From: Squalus acanthias
Lineage: Eukaryota
Length of the DNA: 64,000 bases
NCBI GenBank assembly: GCA_030390025.1
Contig: CM059430.1
Span: 62,682,001 to 62,746,000, forward strand
Reading direction: 5' to 3'
The notes beneath the pieces were generated by a model. It was not told the origin of the DNA, made no database searches, and saw nothing but the letters and a program-made list of their open reading frames with translations. The position numbers and the translations under genes are program-made. The stretch's first letter is position 1. Each line of letters begins with the position of its first letter. Below, piece after piece: positions 22,374 through 33,900 of the stretch.

Positions 22374-25300
22374 TAGAAACATAGAAACATAGAAACATAG
22401 AAAATAGGTACAGGAGTAGACCATTCGGTCCTTCGAGCCTGCACCGCCATTCAATGCGTTCATGGCTGAACATGCTACCTCAGTACCCCATTCCTGCTTT
22501 CTCGCCATACCCCTTGATCCCCCTAGTTGTGAGTGTTATATCTAACTCCCTTTTGAATATATTTAGCGAACTGGCCTCAACAACCTTCTGTGGAAGAGAA
22601 TTCCATAGATTCACCACTCTCTGGGTGAAGAAGTTCCTCCTCAGCTCAGTCCTAAATGGCTTCCCCTTAATCCTTAGACTGTGACCCCTGGTTCTAGTTT
22701 TCCCTACCATTGGGAACATTCTGCCCGCATCTAATTTGTCTAAACCAGTCAGGATTTTAAATGTCTCTATAAGATCCCCCCTCATTCTTCTGAACTCCAG
22801 AGGATACAAGTTCAGTTGACCCAATCTTTCTTGATATGTCAGTCCGGCCATCCCAGGAATCAATCTAGTGAACCTTCGCTGCACTCCCTCAATAGCAAGA
22901 ATGTCCTTCCTTAAGTTAGGAGACCAAAACTGCGCACAATACTCCAGGTGTGGCCTCACCAAGGCCCTGTACAACTGCAGCATCACCTCCCTACTCCTGT
23001 ACTCAAATCCCCTTACTATGAAGGCCATCATTCCGTTTGCTTTCTTGACTGCCTGCTGCACTTGCATTCCCACCTTCAATGACTGATGTACCATGATGCC
23101 CAGGTCTCGTTGCACCTCCCCTTTCCCTAATCTGCCACCATTCAGGTAATAGTCCGCCTCTCTATTTTTACCACCAAAGTGGATAACCTCACATTTATCC
23201 ACATTGTACTTCATCTGCCATACATTTGCCCATTCACCCAACCTGTCCAAGTCACTCTGTAGCCTCCTAGCATCCTCCTCATTGTTCACACTGCCTCCCA
23301 ATTTAGTGTCATCCGCAAATTTGGAGATATTACATTTAATCCCTTCGTCCAAATCATTAATATATAATGTAAACAGCTGGGGTCCCAGCACCGAACCCTG
23401 CGGTACCCCGCTGGTCACTGCCTGCCATTCTGAAAAGTACCCATTTACTCCTACTCTTTGTTTCCTGTGTGCCAACCAGTTCTCAATCCACGTCAACACA
23501 TTACCCCCAATCCCATGTGCTTTAACTTTGCTCACCAATCTCTTGTGTGGAACCTTGTCGAAGGCCTTCTGAAAGTCCAAATACACCACATCTACTGGCT
23601 CCCCCCTGTCCACCCTATTGGAAACATCCTCAAAAAATTCCGGAAGATTTGTCAAGCATGATTTCCCTTTCACAAATCCATGCTGACTTGGACCTTTCAT
23701 GACGCCACTTTCCAAATGGTCTGTTATGACATCTTTAATAATTGCTTCCATCATTTTACCCACAACCGATGTCAGGCTGACCGGTCTATAATTCCCTGCT
23801 TTCTCCCTCCCTCCTTTTTTAAAAAGAGGGGTTACATTGGCCACCCTCCACTCCATCGGAACTGATCCAGAGTCTAAGGAATGTTGGAAAATGATCGTCA
23901 ATGCATCCACTATTTCCAAGGCCACCTCCTTAAGTACTCTGGGATGCAGACCATCAGGCCCCGGGGATTTTTCAGCCTTCAGTCCCATCAATTTTCCCAA
24001 TACCTTTTCCCGACTAATAAGGATTTCCCTCAGCTCCTCCCTCTTACCAGATCCTCTGACCCCTTTTATTTCCGGCAGGTTGTGTGTGTCCTCCACAGTA
24101 AACACCGAACCAAAGTACTTGTTCAATTGATCTGCCATTTGCTTGTTCCCCATTACGACTTCCCCTGTTTCCGACTGCAGGGGACCTACGTTTGTTCTTA
24201 CTAACCTCTTTCTTTTTGCATATTTATAGAAGCTTTTGCTGTCCATTTTAATGTTCTCTGCAAGCTTCCTTTCATGTTTTATTTTCCCTGCCCTAATCAA
24301 ACCCTTCGTCCTCCTCTGCTGAGTTTTGAAGTTCTCCCAGTCCCCGGGTTTGCTGCTACTTCTGGCCAATTTGTATGCAACTTCCTTGGTTTTAATACTA
24401 TCCCTGATTTCCCTTGTTAGCCATGGTTGAGCCACCTTCCCTTTTTTATTTTTACGCCAGACCGGGATGTACAATTGTTGTAGTTCATCCATGCGATCTC
24501 TAAATGTCTGCCATTGCCCTTCCACTGATAGCCCCTTAAATATCGCTTGCCAATTTAACCTCGCCAATTCACGCCTCATACCCTCAAAGTTGCCCTTATT
24601 TAAGTTCTGGACCATGGTCTCTGACTTAACTGTTTCCTTCTCCATCCTAATGTAGAACTCCACCATACTATGGTCACTCTTCCCCAGGGGGCCTCGTACC
24701 ACAAGATTGCTGATTAGTCCTTCCTCATTACACAACACCCAGTCCAGGATGGCCTCCCCTCGAGTTGGTTCCTCAACATATTGGTTTAGGAAACCATCCC
24801 TTAAACACTCCAGGAAATTCTCCTCCACCGTATTGCTTCCAGTTTGAGTAGCCCAATCTATATGCATATTAAAGTCACCCATGATAACTGCCGTGCCTTT
24901 TTTGCACGCACCTCTGATTTCCTGTTTCATACCCTCCCCCACCTCACTACTGCTGTTTGGAGGTCTGTACACAACTCCCACTAACGTTTTCTGCCCTTTG
25001 GTGTTCTGCAGCTCAACCCATATTGATTCCACATCCTCCAAGCTGATGTCCTTCCTAGCTATTGCATTAATCTCCTCTTTAACCAGCAATGCTACCCCAC
25101 CCCCTTTTCCTTTTATTCTATCCTTTCTGAATGTTGAATACCCCTGGATGTTCAGTTCCCAGCCTTGATTGTTCTGGAGCCACGTCTCTGTAATCCCAAT
25201 CACATCGTATCCGTTAACATCTATTTGCACAGTCAATTCATCCACCTTATTACGGATACTCCTTGCATTAAGACACAGAGCCTTTAGGCTTGTTTTATTA

Positions 25301-25665
25301 ACATCCTTTGTCCTTTTAGACTTATGATTTAGTATGGCCCTTTGTGTTTCTTGCCTTTGTTTACTCGGCCTTCCCCTATTGTTTCTCACCCTTCTAACAT
25401 TTGTTTCTGACTGCATATTACTTCCCCCGTTTCGCTACATAGGTTCCCATTCCCCTGCCATATTAGTTTAAATCCTCCCGAACTGCTTTAGCAGATATTA
25501 CCCCGAGGACATCGGTTCCAGTCCTGCCCAAGTGCAGACCGTCCCTTTTCTACAGGTCCCACTTCCCCCAGAACTGGTTCCAATGCCTCAGGAATTTGAA
25601 TCCCTCCCTCCTGCACCACTGCTCAAGCCACGTATTCAATCTCACTATCCTGTTCTCTCTATTCT
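22374..25665 (-). mobile_element. Young CR1-type LINE, 5'-truncated within ORF1
   Basis: 3' tail (TTCTATGT)n at 22374-22403. ORF1 remnant with the esterase motif DGLHL at ~25530-25545. Confidence 0.92.
22480..25416 (-). CDS. CR1 ORF2: APE endonuclease + reverse transcriptase, uninterrupted 978 aa
   Basis: Motifs NARSIRNK, GITETW, MGDFN, SDH, SPGPDG, NYRPVSLTS, YLDFQKAFD, GVPQGSVLGP, FADD. Confidence 0.95.
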   Translation of the reverse strand: MQSETNVRRVRNNRGRPSKQRQETQRAILNHKSKRTKDVNKTSLKALCLNARSIRNKVDELTVQIDVNGYDVIGITETWLQNNQGWELNIQGYSTFRKDRIKGKGGGVALLVKEEINAIARKDISLEDVESIWVELQNTKGQKTLVGVVYRPPNSSSEVGEGMKQEIRGACKKGTAVIMGDFNMHIDWATQTGSNTVEENFLECLRDGFLNQYVEEPTRGEAILDWVLCNEEGLISNLVVRGPLGKSDHSMVEFYIRMEKETVKSETMVQNLNKGNFEGMRRELARLNWQAIFKGLSVEGQWQTFRDRMDELQQLYIPVWRKNKKGKVAQPWLTREIRDSIKTKEVAYKLARSSSKPGDWENFKTQQRRTKGLIRAGKIKHERKLAENIKMDSKSFYKYAKRKRLVRTNVGPLQSETGEVVMGNKQMADQLNKYFGSVFTVEDTHNLPEIKGVRGSGKREELREILISREKVLGKLMGLKAEKSPGPDGLHPRVLKEVALEIVDALTIIFQHSLDSGSVPMEWRVANVTPLFKKGGREKAGNYRPVSLTSVVGKMMEAIIKDVITDHLESGVMKGPSQHGFVKGKSCLTNLPEFFEDVSNRVDRGEPVDVVYLDFQKAFDKVPHKRLVSKVKAHGIGGNVLTWIENWLAHRKQRVGVNGYFSEWQAVTSGVPQGSVLGPQLFTLYINDLDEGIKCNISKFADDTKLGGSVNNEEDARRLQSDLDRLGEWANVWQMKYNVDKCEVIHFGGKNREADYYLNGGRLGKGEVQRDLGIMVHQSLKVGMQVQQAVKKANGMMAFIVRGFEYRSREVMLQLYRALVRPHLEYCAQFWSPNLRKDILAIEGVQRRFTRLIPGMAGLTYQERLGQLNLYPLEFRRMRGDLIETFKILTGLDKLDAGRMFPMVGKTRTRGHSLRIKGKPFRTELRRNFFTQRVVNLWNSLPQKVVEASSLNIFKRELDITLTTRGIKGYGEKAGMGY

Positions 25666-27800
25666 GATTAGCAACATCCTTACAAGGGAGAATCATGAGT
25701 TAGCAGCTAACATGAAAAGCAGGACCTCATCAGTAATAACCTCAGAATCCCGAGCCACGTGCAAATCGGCATAGAGACAAGCAGATACGGAAAGTAAATA
25801 CTTGCATACAGACCACCAAATAGTGGAATGGAATTGGAGGAAGAAAGATATAGGCAAATCTACGAGGTGAGTAGCAGGCATCGAATAATAATCATGGGAG
25901 GTTTCAACAACCCCCAGAAAAACTGGCAGCAAGAAGTAGCAAAAGGAGAAAAGGGAATCGTGTTTTTACAGTGCATACCGGATTAGTTTCTCTACCAATA
26001 TTTAAGTAGTCCAACAAGAAAAGAACGCTGCTAGATCTTGTAATGGATAATGAACCGGAACAGATAGGAGAACCAAGAGTAGAAGAGTACTTACAACTAG
26101 TGCTCAAAACATAATAAGGTTCAAGATTAGGATCGAGAGTGACATACGTAGGTCAAAGATTAAGGCAATAGAAAGGACAAGAGCAAATTATGAGGAAATG
26201 AAGGTGGCAAACTGAGAGAAATCTTGAAAAACAAAGAGATTGTAAACAATGGGAAGTTATTAAAAGGGTTATCAATAGAGTTCAAGAGAAATGTATTCCA
26301 CTAAAAGCCAAAATAGCAAACTAATTATTGGGCACCTTGACTGAATAAAGGACTAAAGGGAACATTGAATCTCAAGAAAAAAAATATAAGAAGTAATTAG
26401 ATACTAAAGGAGAGGAGAACAAAGGGGAATTAGAAGAACTTAGGAGAGAAAATAAAAAAAAACACCTGGAAGGCAAAGAGAAATTACAAATTAAAATTAT
26501 TAGCAAATAAAACAATAAATAATGGCCCGAAAATTAGACCTAATGCGGGAGAGTACGCACTGTGTACTCTCGCGTATTAGGTCCTGAAGTGCCGGTTTCC
26601 TGCATGCACTGTGCATGCGCGGGAAACTGGCACTTCAGGTATTGCGAAGAGGGCGGTTCCGAAGTGAACTGCGTGCGCGCTACAGGTTGTGCGCACGCAG
26701 CGCACTTAGTTTTTTTTTCAGGTTTGAACGCGCAGAGAAGTGTTGAAGTTTTTACACATAAAGAAAGCAGGCGTAGGACCCCCTTTTAACAAGGTAAGTA
26801 GTTAATTAAGTATTATTTTAAACATTTTTCAACAGGTTTATCTTTTTTAGAGACTTTAAAGAAAGGTAAGTTTATTTTTATAACTTTTAAACAGAATTTA
26901 AATTTTTTCAAAAATTTAAATTTTTGTTTAAAGTGGTTAATTTATTTAACTATAGTTATTTTATTAATGTGATTTTTTTTTTTAATTTCATTCAGGTTTA
27001 GCTGTTCTTTTGGGGGCTTGTTGTATTCATAGTTTTGACAGCTCTTGCTGTCACAACTATGAATGAAAGATGGTGTGCTGCCATTGGCCCTAACTGGCCC
27101 ACGTGATCCCAGAGGTCGCATCGAATTAACTGCGCCTCGGGACACGCACACACTGCGCGCCGGCACCAGGGAGAGGCCCAGGAACTGAAGGTCGTGTGGG
27201 CCAAAACCATAAAGGTAGGCGCGGAGTGCGATATTGCGGGTGATCCTTACCCCCGCGGCAACCATCGATCTCCAATTTCTGGGCCAATAAAGTCTTCAAT
27301 AGACACATAAATAACAAAAGGAAAATTAAAGTAGGGATAATGCCACTAAAAGATGAGCAAGACAAACTGACAGGCAATGACAGAGAAATGGCAGAAGAAT
27401 TGAATAATTACTTCGCCTCAGTATTTACTAAAGAAGGTAACAAAATAAACAATTCTCTAGAGCATGCGTTTAAAAAGAATATTAATATATATATATATAT
27501 AAATTCTATAGAGGATGGTGCCAGAGGACTAACGGACAGCTAATGTTGTTCCTATATTACGAAAGGCAGAGAGAACAAAACCTGGAAACTATAGGCCAGT
27601 CAGTGTAACGTCAGTGATAGGAAAGATATTGGATTCTATACTGAAAGAAGTGATAGAAGAAAACTTAGACATAGGATATATAATAAAAAAATAATCAGCA
27701 TGGATTCTGAAAGGCGAATTCATGCTTAACTAACCTGATAGAAATCTATGAAAAGGTAACGGAAAGAGCTGACGAGGATAATGCAGTAGACGTCATATAC
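25666..27800 (+). mobile_element. Old CR1 ORF2 remnant; its ORF1 pieces are probably 16540-17400 and 21390-21755
   Basis: Decayed IIMGGFN, LLDLV, YFASVFT, GNYRPVSVTSVIGK. Confidence 0.7.
26524..27285. mobile_element. MITE-like TIR element, opposite orientation, TSD AAT
   Basis: taat|ggcccgaaaatt...aatttctgggcc|aat. Confidence 0.85.
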
Positions 27801-29055
27801 CCACTCAGTTTGAGAACACAGCTACAAGAAGGTTTAAGAAGAATGAAACCGAACCTACATTGACCGGGGCATTGGATTCGGGCACGGCAACGCCGAGTCG
27901 ACCTGCAAGGTCCTCCTCACTACCAACTGACTGATGCCAAAATTGAGAGAGCTGTCCAACCGACTACCCTGACCGATCAGCCAACATCCCACTCGCAGAA
28001 CAAACCCAACAGCGGGAGCGAGCGGCCATGGAAGACCTCAACATTGAATCTGCATGGCATGGAAACCTCCTGCTGATTACCGCCCTCAGCTGATGAATGT
28101 TTAACACTACTTGGAATAAATACTGAAGGCACAGAATGTACTGCTGGGGGACTTCAGTGACCAAGAGTGACTCGGTAGAACCCACTACTGACCGACCTGG
28201 CTGACTGAGATTGTGGCAGGTGGTGATACAACAAACACGAGGTAAAATCCTACTGACCAAGTAAAACTTGAAAAACATGACCATGGCATTGGTAGGAGTG
28301 ACAAACAAAATCCCGCCTTAATACTGAGGCACCTGTTGTGCTAAATCAGATCAGATTAGATCAGAACAGATTTACTAGCTCGAAACAAGGCATCCATAAG
28401 GTGTGGTGGGCCATCAGCAGCAGCAGAATTGGTTTCCACCACAAACTTTAGCCTCATCGCTTGGCATTTCCTTCACTCTAATATTACCATCAAGCCAGAC
28501 GACTCTCCCTGACTCAAAAAGTAGTGCAGGCATGCACCAGGACGAAGCACCAGTGGTGCCTAAAAATGATGTGACAACCTGATGAAGTTATAATTGTCTA
28601 AACAGCGGAAGCAGCATGATACAGACAGAGCTAAGCGATGCCACAACCAATGGATCAGATCAAAGATCTGCAGTCCTGCCGCATCCAGTCCTGAATGGTG
28701 GTGGACAATTAAACAACTAACGGGAGGAGGAGGAGGCTCCATGAACATCCTCAACAATGGTGGAGCCCAGCACGCAAGTGCAAAAGAAAAGGCTGAAGCG
28801 TTTGCAACCATCTTCAGCCAGAAGTGCCGAGTGGATGATCCACCTCGGCCTCCTCCTGAGGTTCCACCATCACAGATATCAGTCTTCAGCCAATTCCAAT
28901 AACTCCACGTGATATCAAGTAAAGGCTGAGGGAACAGGATGCAGCAAACACTATGGGCCCCTGCAACATTCCGCCTGAAGTGCTAAGGACTTCTGTTCCA
29001 GAAATAGCCGCGCCTCCAGCCAAGCTGTTCCAGTACAGTTACAACACTGGCATCA
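27800..29055 (+). mobile_element. Heavily deleted LINE family 2 fragment
   Basis: EWWWTIKQLTGGGG...AFATIFSQKCRVDDP, similar to 18800-19200. Confidence 0.75.
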
Positions 29056-30413
29056 TGTGATCAATTTTACAGTATTGTAGGACATAAAGAAATTGTAGTG
29101 CGTTTCAGAGATTTAAACAATTTAACTACTGAAATTTGTGTATGGATGAAATAATAAAAGGCAGAAAATGTACAGGAAAACACTTAGAGAAATATATGAA
29201 CATTTTACTAATAAAAGTGAGACAAAAGCCTTAGGGCGAAGGGCTTACCCCTTCCCATCGGTACCGAGAGTGAGGTTAGGAAAGTTACAATGACAAATGT
29301 GAAGTAGAATGTCTTTTGAATGTGAAAATTAAGTGTTGTTATAATTAAACTGAAACATGCGATGTGAAATAAATGCTGCTCTTCAGCACTAGATACGTTT
29401 TCAGTATGTTGCAATTAACGGAGTTAAATTTAGAACAAGACGTGTTAGTGCTTCGAGCTGAGCCACTGAATCACGTCCTTTACTTAGCTCGCAAAAGCGA
29501 TTCGCCCTGGTCAATATTTAGCAGTACATCAGTGTAGCGAAAACCAAAAGATAAAAACCCCAGCTAATCGCTTATACTTTATCAGAACTGATAGATCGCC
29601 CACACAATGACCTGTTAAATCATGTACATAGATGTACCACTGTTTGGGGTAATTAATTGTCAAAATAATCTACATCACTCTATCTTCATTTCGAAGCAAC
29701 GGATTGTTATTAGGTGAGAAAATGGAATTTGACGTAAACTGAAACATAATGACAGGTAAACAAAATTAATTCAACATTTCGGCCCCTGTCATTCGGGATA
29801 AAACTGTTCTTGTAGAAACCTGAGCTAATTAAGGCAAATCAGCACGGATTTCGAAAAGGCAATTCGTGCTTGACGTCCCTTCTAGAATTCTTTGAGGAAA
29901 CAGCAGTGAGAATAGATCAAGGAAATGCAGCAGATGTCGTTTGCATGAATTTTTTTAAATGACAAATTGACACCTTTAGATAGTGAGGCCTGCAAGCAGA
30001 ATACATGGGAACCTTCAAAACGGAATTTGATATTTACTTGAAAAGGAGAAAATTGTAGGACTTTGCAGAGGGATCGCGAGAGTGGGACTAATTGGGACTA
30101 ATCTTTCAAAGTGGCGGTATGGGCACAATGGGCAGTAAGGCCTCCTTCTGTGCTGTAAGATTCAATGATTCTACGTTGCCACTTGGATAAACCGATGTTT
30201 GCAGAACCTAAAACAACTGGCAGCTAATTTCCGTAGGTTGATGGACGTGTCCCTCGACTGGAGCTTCAGCCGTTTCACATCAGGAGCGTCACCTGGACTG
30301 GAAGCCAGAGTGCAGTGACGCCACACGTAAATCAGCTCACAGGTTTTCTTTTAGTTTAACTCGCTAAATAGAACACGAATAGTTGAATTGTAAGAGACCG
30401 TATGTAATCTATT

Positions 30414-30419
30414 TTTATT
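30414..30419 (-). terminator. Poly(A) signal AATAAA, gene B
   Basis: About 320 nt after the stop. Conserved at 1871-1876 in the paralog. Confidence 0.5.
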
Positions 30420-30740
30420 GAATTCATATATGATGATAATTGTATACAGCGAGGCTATTAGCGTATTATTTTAATCGAAAGCGTAGATATTTGCAAACAG
30501 GTAAATAATACAAATTTAACATTAAAGTATGTCAGGAAAGTTACTTTGTTCTTAAAAGTGGCTAAAATAAAATACATCAAATAATTGAAGGGTAAGTAAT
30601 AACTATAAACTGCATTCTCTGATATATCACAAGCGTTACCTCTCAGAGGGATGGGATCGCATGGTAGACATACGCGTGGAGTTGATATGGCAGCGATCAG
30701 TAAACACCAAAAAAGTGACTTCTGCAGCTAAAATGTATTA

Positions 30741-30914
30741 CTAATTTATTCTTGCTTCTGTGTAGACAGCCTCTTTTACTCCTCTTTGTTTTTTGGTCTT
30801 CAGCTGGGCATACTCTGTGCTTCGTTCATTATTTTTATATTTCCCCGTTTTCTCTGAGCCAGTCAATGCTATAGCTGCGTACGTCAGTTTGTCACGGGCT
30901 GTCCCTTGTTCGGT
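30741..30914 (-). CDS. Gene B terminal exon with ITIM LTYAAI, ITSM-like TEYAQL and a third Tyr (AVYTEA)
   Basis: Acceptor ggctttacag|ACC, phase 0. TEQGTARDKLTYAAIALTGSEKTGKYKNNERSTEYAQLKTKKQRGVKEAVYTEARIN*. Confidence 0.85.
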   Translation of the reverse strand, partial: TEQGTARDKLTYAAIALTGSEKTGKYKNNERSTEYAQLKTKKQRGVKEAVYTEARIN

Positions 30915-33900
30915 CTGTAAAGCCAATGTTTGGAAATATTGTTAATTGGTCGTTTTGCAAGTTCTCTGGACGGCTGCTCAAAGCAGGCATTAGAAGGACG
31001 CACAAATACTTCTTCGATACAACACACGGTCAAAGTCAGCGCAAACATATGCCGCCCGCTATCGCATGAATGTTGATGTTACACTGACGATCTATGTTTC
31101 CCTGATCTTTTACTCAGTCCTACCTGAGCGTACACGGTTCTCTCCGCTTCAATTTCACGTCTTGGAGTTTTCCGACTTCGGTTTAAATCTAATGCAGCAT
31201 AATGCACGGACTCAGCCGCTGCTTCCTGCATGGGTCAGAAAGAAAGAGTTTGGTTATGTGGCTAGTTCATTGCCTTCACCAGTTTACGTACAGCTGATAA
31301 AACATTTAACGGATTGACCGAGGCTACAGATCAAGTGCACAAACCACAGTTCATATATATTTAGATAAGTGCGAATGTTAAAGCACTGTGGGCCAAGTAA
31401 CTTATATTCAAACCTGTTAATGTTTAGCCTGCAAACAGTGTTACAGAAATGTTTAAATCAGCGGCAGCTTTAGAACATAAAGTTTTTTTCCAAAACCAAG
31501 AACTAAATATGGCAGGGTACTTAACTTTTAGAAGAGATAGTCAAAATGGAAAAGGAGGGCCGGTTGCTCTGATAATAAAGGATGGGATAAAGACAGTGGA
31601 GAGAAAGGTTCTTAGCTCCGAAAATCAAGATGAGGAATCACTTTGTTGGACCTCTGAAACAACAAGGGAAAGAAAACACTGGTGGGAGTAGTGTACCGGC
31701 CCCTAACAGTAGTTGTAGTGCCGTGCACAGTTTCAATCAAAAATAGAGGAAATAGCAGATATTAAACACATATTTTGTATCTGTCTTTACGGAACAAGAC
31801 AAAATAGTGGGGAACCAAGGTTCTAGTTAGAATGAGGACCTTAAAGAAATTAGCATTAGAAATAAATGGTACTTCTGAAAGTTGTGGAAGGTGTCATCGA
31901 CAGTGCTATCAAGCGACACTTACTCACCAATAACCAGCTCACTGATGCTCAGTTTGGGTTCCGCCGGGACCACTCGGCTCCAGACCTCATTACAGCCTTG
32001 GTCCAAACATGGACAAAGGAGCTGAATTCCCGAGGTGAGGTGCAAGTGACTGCCTTTGATATCAAGGCAGCTTATGACCTAGTGTGGCATCAAGGAGCAC
32101 TAGTAAAACTGAAGTCAATGGGAATCGGGGGGAAACCTCTGCACTGGCTGGAGTCATACCTAGCACAAAGGAAGATGGTTGTGGTGATTGGGGTCAAACA
32201 TTCCAGCCCCAGGACATTACTGCAGGAGTTCCTCAAGGCAGTGTCCTTAGGCCAAACCATCGTCAGCTGCTTCATCAATGAACTTCCCTCCATCATAAGG
32301 TCAGAAATGGGGATGTTCGCTGAAGACTGCACAGTGTTCAGTGCCATTCACAACTCCTCAGATAATGAAGCAGTCCATGCCCGCATGCAACAAGACCTGG
32401 ACGACATCCAGGCTTGGGCTTATAAGTGGCAGGTAACATTCGCGCCACATAAGTGCCAGGCAATGATTATCTCCAACAAGCGAGAGTCTACCCAGCGCCC
32501 CTTGATATTCTACGGCATTACCATCGCCAAAGCCCCCACCATCAACATCCTGAAAGGTCACTATTGTCCAGAAATTTAACTGGAGAAGCCACATAAACAC
32601 TGTGGTAACAAGAGCAGGTCAGGGGGTAGGCATTCTGTGGCGAGTGTCTCACCTCCTGACTCCTCAAAGCCTTTCCACCATCTACAAAGCACAAGTAAGG
32701 AGTGTGATGGATTACTCTCCACTTGCCTGCATGAGTGCAGCTCCAACGAGACTCAAGAAGCTCGACACCATCCAGGACAAAGCACCCCGCTTGATTGGCA
32801 CCCTATCCACCACCTTAACCATTCACTCCCTCCACCACCGGCGTACCGTGGCTGCAGTGTGTACCTTCTACAAGATGCACTGCAGCAACTCGCCAAGGCT
32901 TGTTCGACAGCACCTCCCAATCCCACGACCTCTTCCACCGAGAACGATAAGGGCAGCAGGCGCATGGAAATATTGTTAATTGGTAGTTTTGCAAATTCTC
33001 TGGACTGCTGCTCAATGCAGGCATCAGAAGGACACACAAAAAAGTCTTCGATATAAAATTCTGCACCATGGCGGTGACCTTGTTTCCAGACTAGCTGCCC
33101 GCTGTATGTGTGCTAGATAGGTTCTTGATTGTATTTTTGATAATCTACCCTGTGCCCACCCCTAAAACGAGAGTAAAAGAGATATTTAAAGAGCGTTTAG
33201 CACAGACGATGAAGCGAAGTGAAGAGCTGTTCGCACACGCCAGCCGTCTGTCTGATCGGGACCGATACCAGCTGCTTGTCACGATCGTATGTCTGCTATG
33301 TCTATCTTGATTGCGTGTTGTACTTAACTTAAACTACCTCTTCTTAATAAAATGCCTTACAACTCCTAAGACCCTTTGGCTAATCGGTGTGTGTCCTGTG
33401 ATCCAAATGTTTAAATTGTGTCAGAATTGGAATCAGAGAGTTGGGAGTTGTAATGTTCTGGTTGTAGAGACCAGAGGGACTTGGTCGACCGCGCGTGATC
33501 ATCACTTGAGACTAAGTAGAAGACTCCCTGAAAGAGGGAGAGGCAGAGAGTTGGGTAAAGTTAAAATCAATAGTACAATGACGTTGGCACACCATCGAGA
33601 ACAGCCTGACAGAAAAAGTCTGCACCTCCACAGCAGCGGACCTCGTAAAAATCTTAGAAGATGGTAACGGGGACAATGACTACATCCTTGATAAACTCTC
33701 TGAGGTTGTTAAGAAAAACAAACTTAAAATAAAGAGAGGCCGAGACAGGTTAGCCTACGGGGCACACTTGTGCGCTGCCAAGTTAAACAGGGAGACGAAA
33801 GAGTTAAAAGTTTAAGTAAGCCAAATGCAGAGAGAAATAAGTGAATGGCGAGAGAACCTTTCTGCCCTCCGCAACCACTCGCGCTGGGAGCAAAAGATTC

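Noticed and set aside
33110-33310. Duplicated 66-aa ORFs (33110-33310 and 38557-38757)
   Set aside because: They are the two LTRs of one element.
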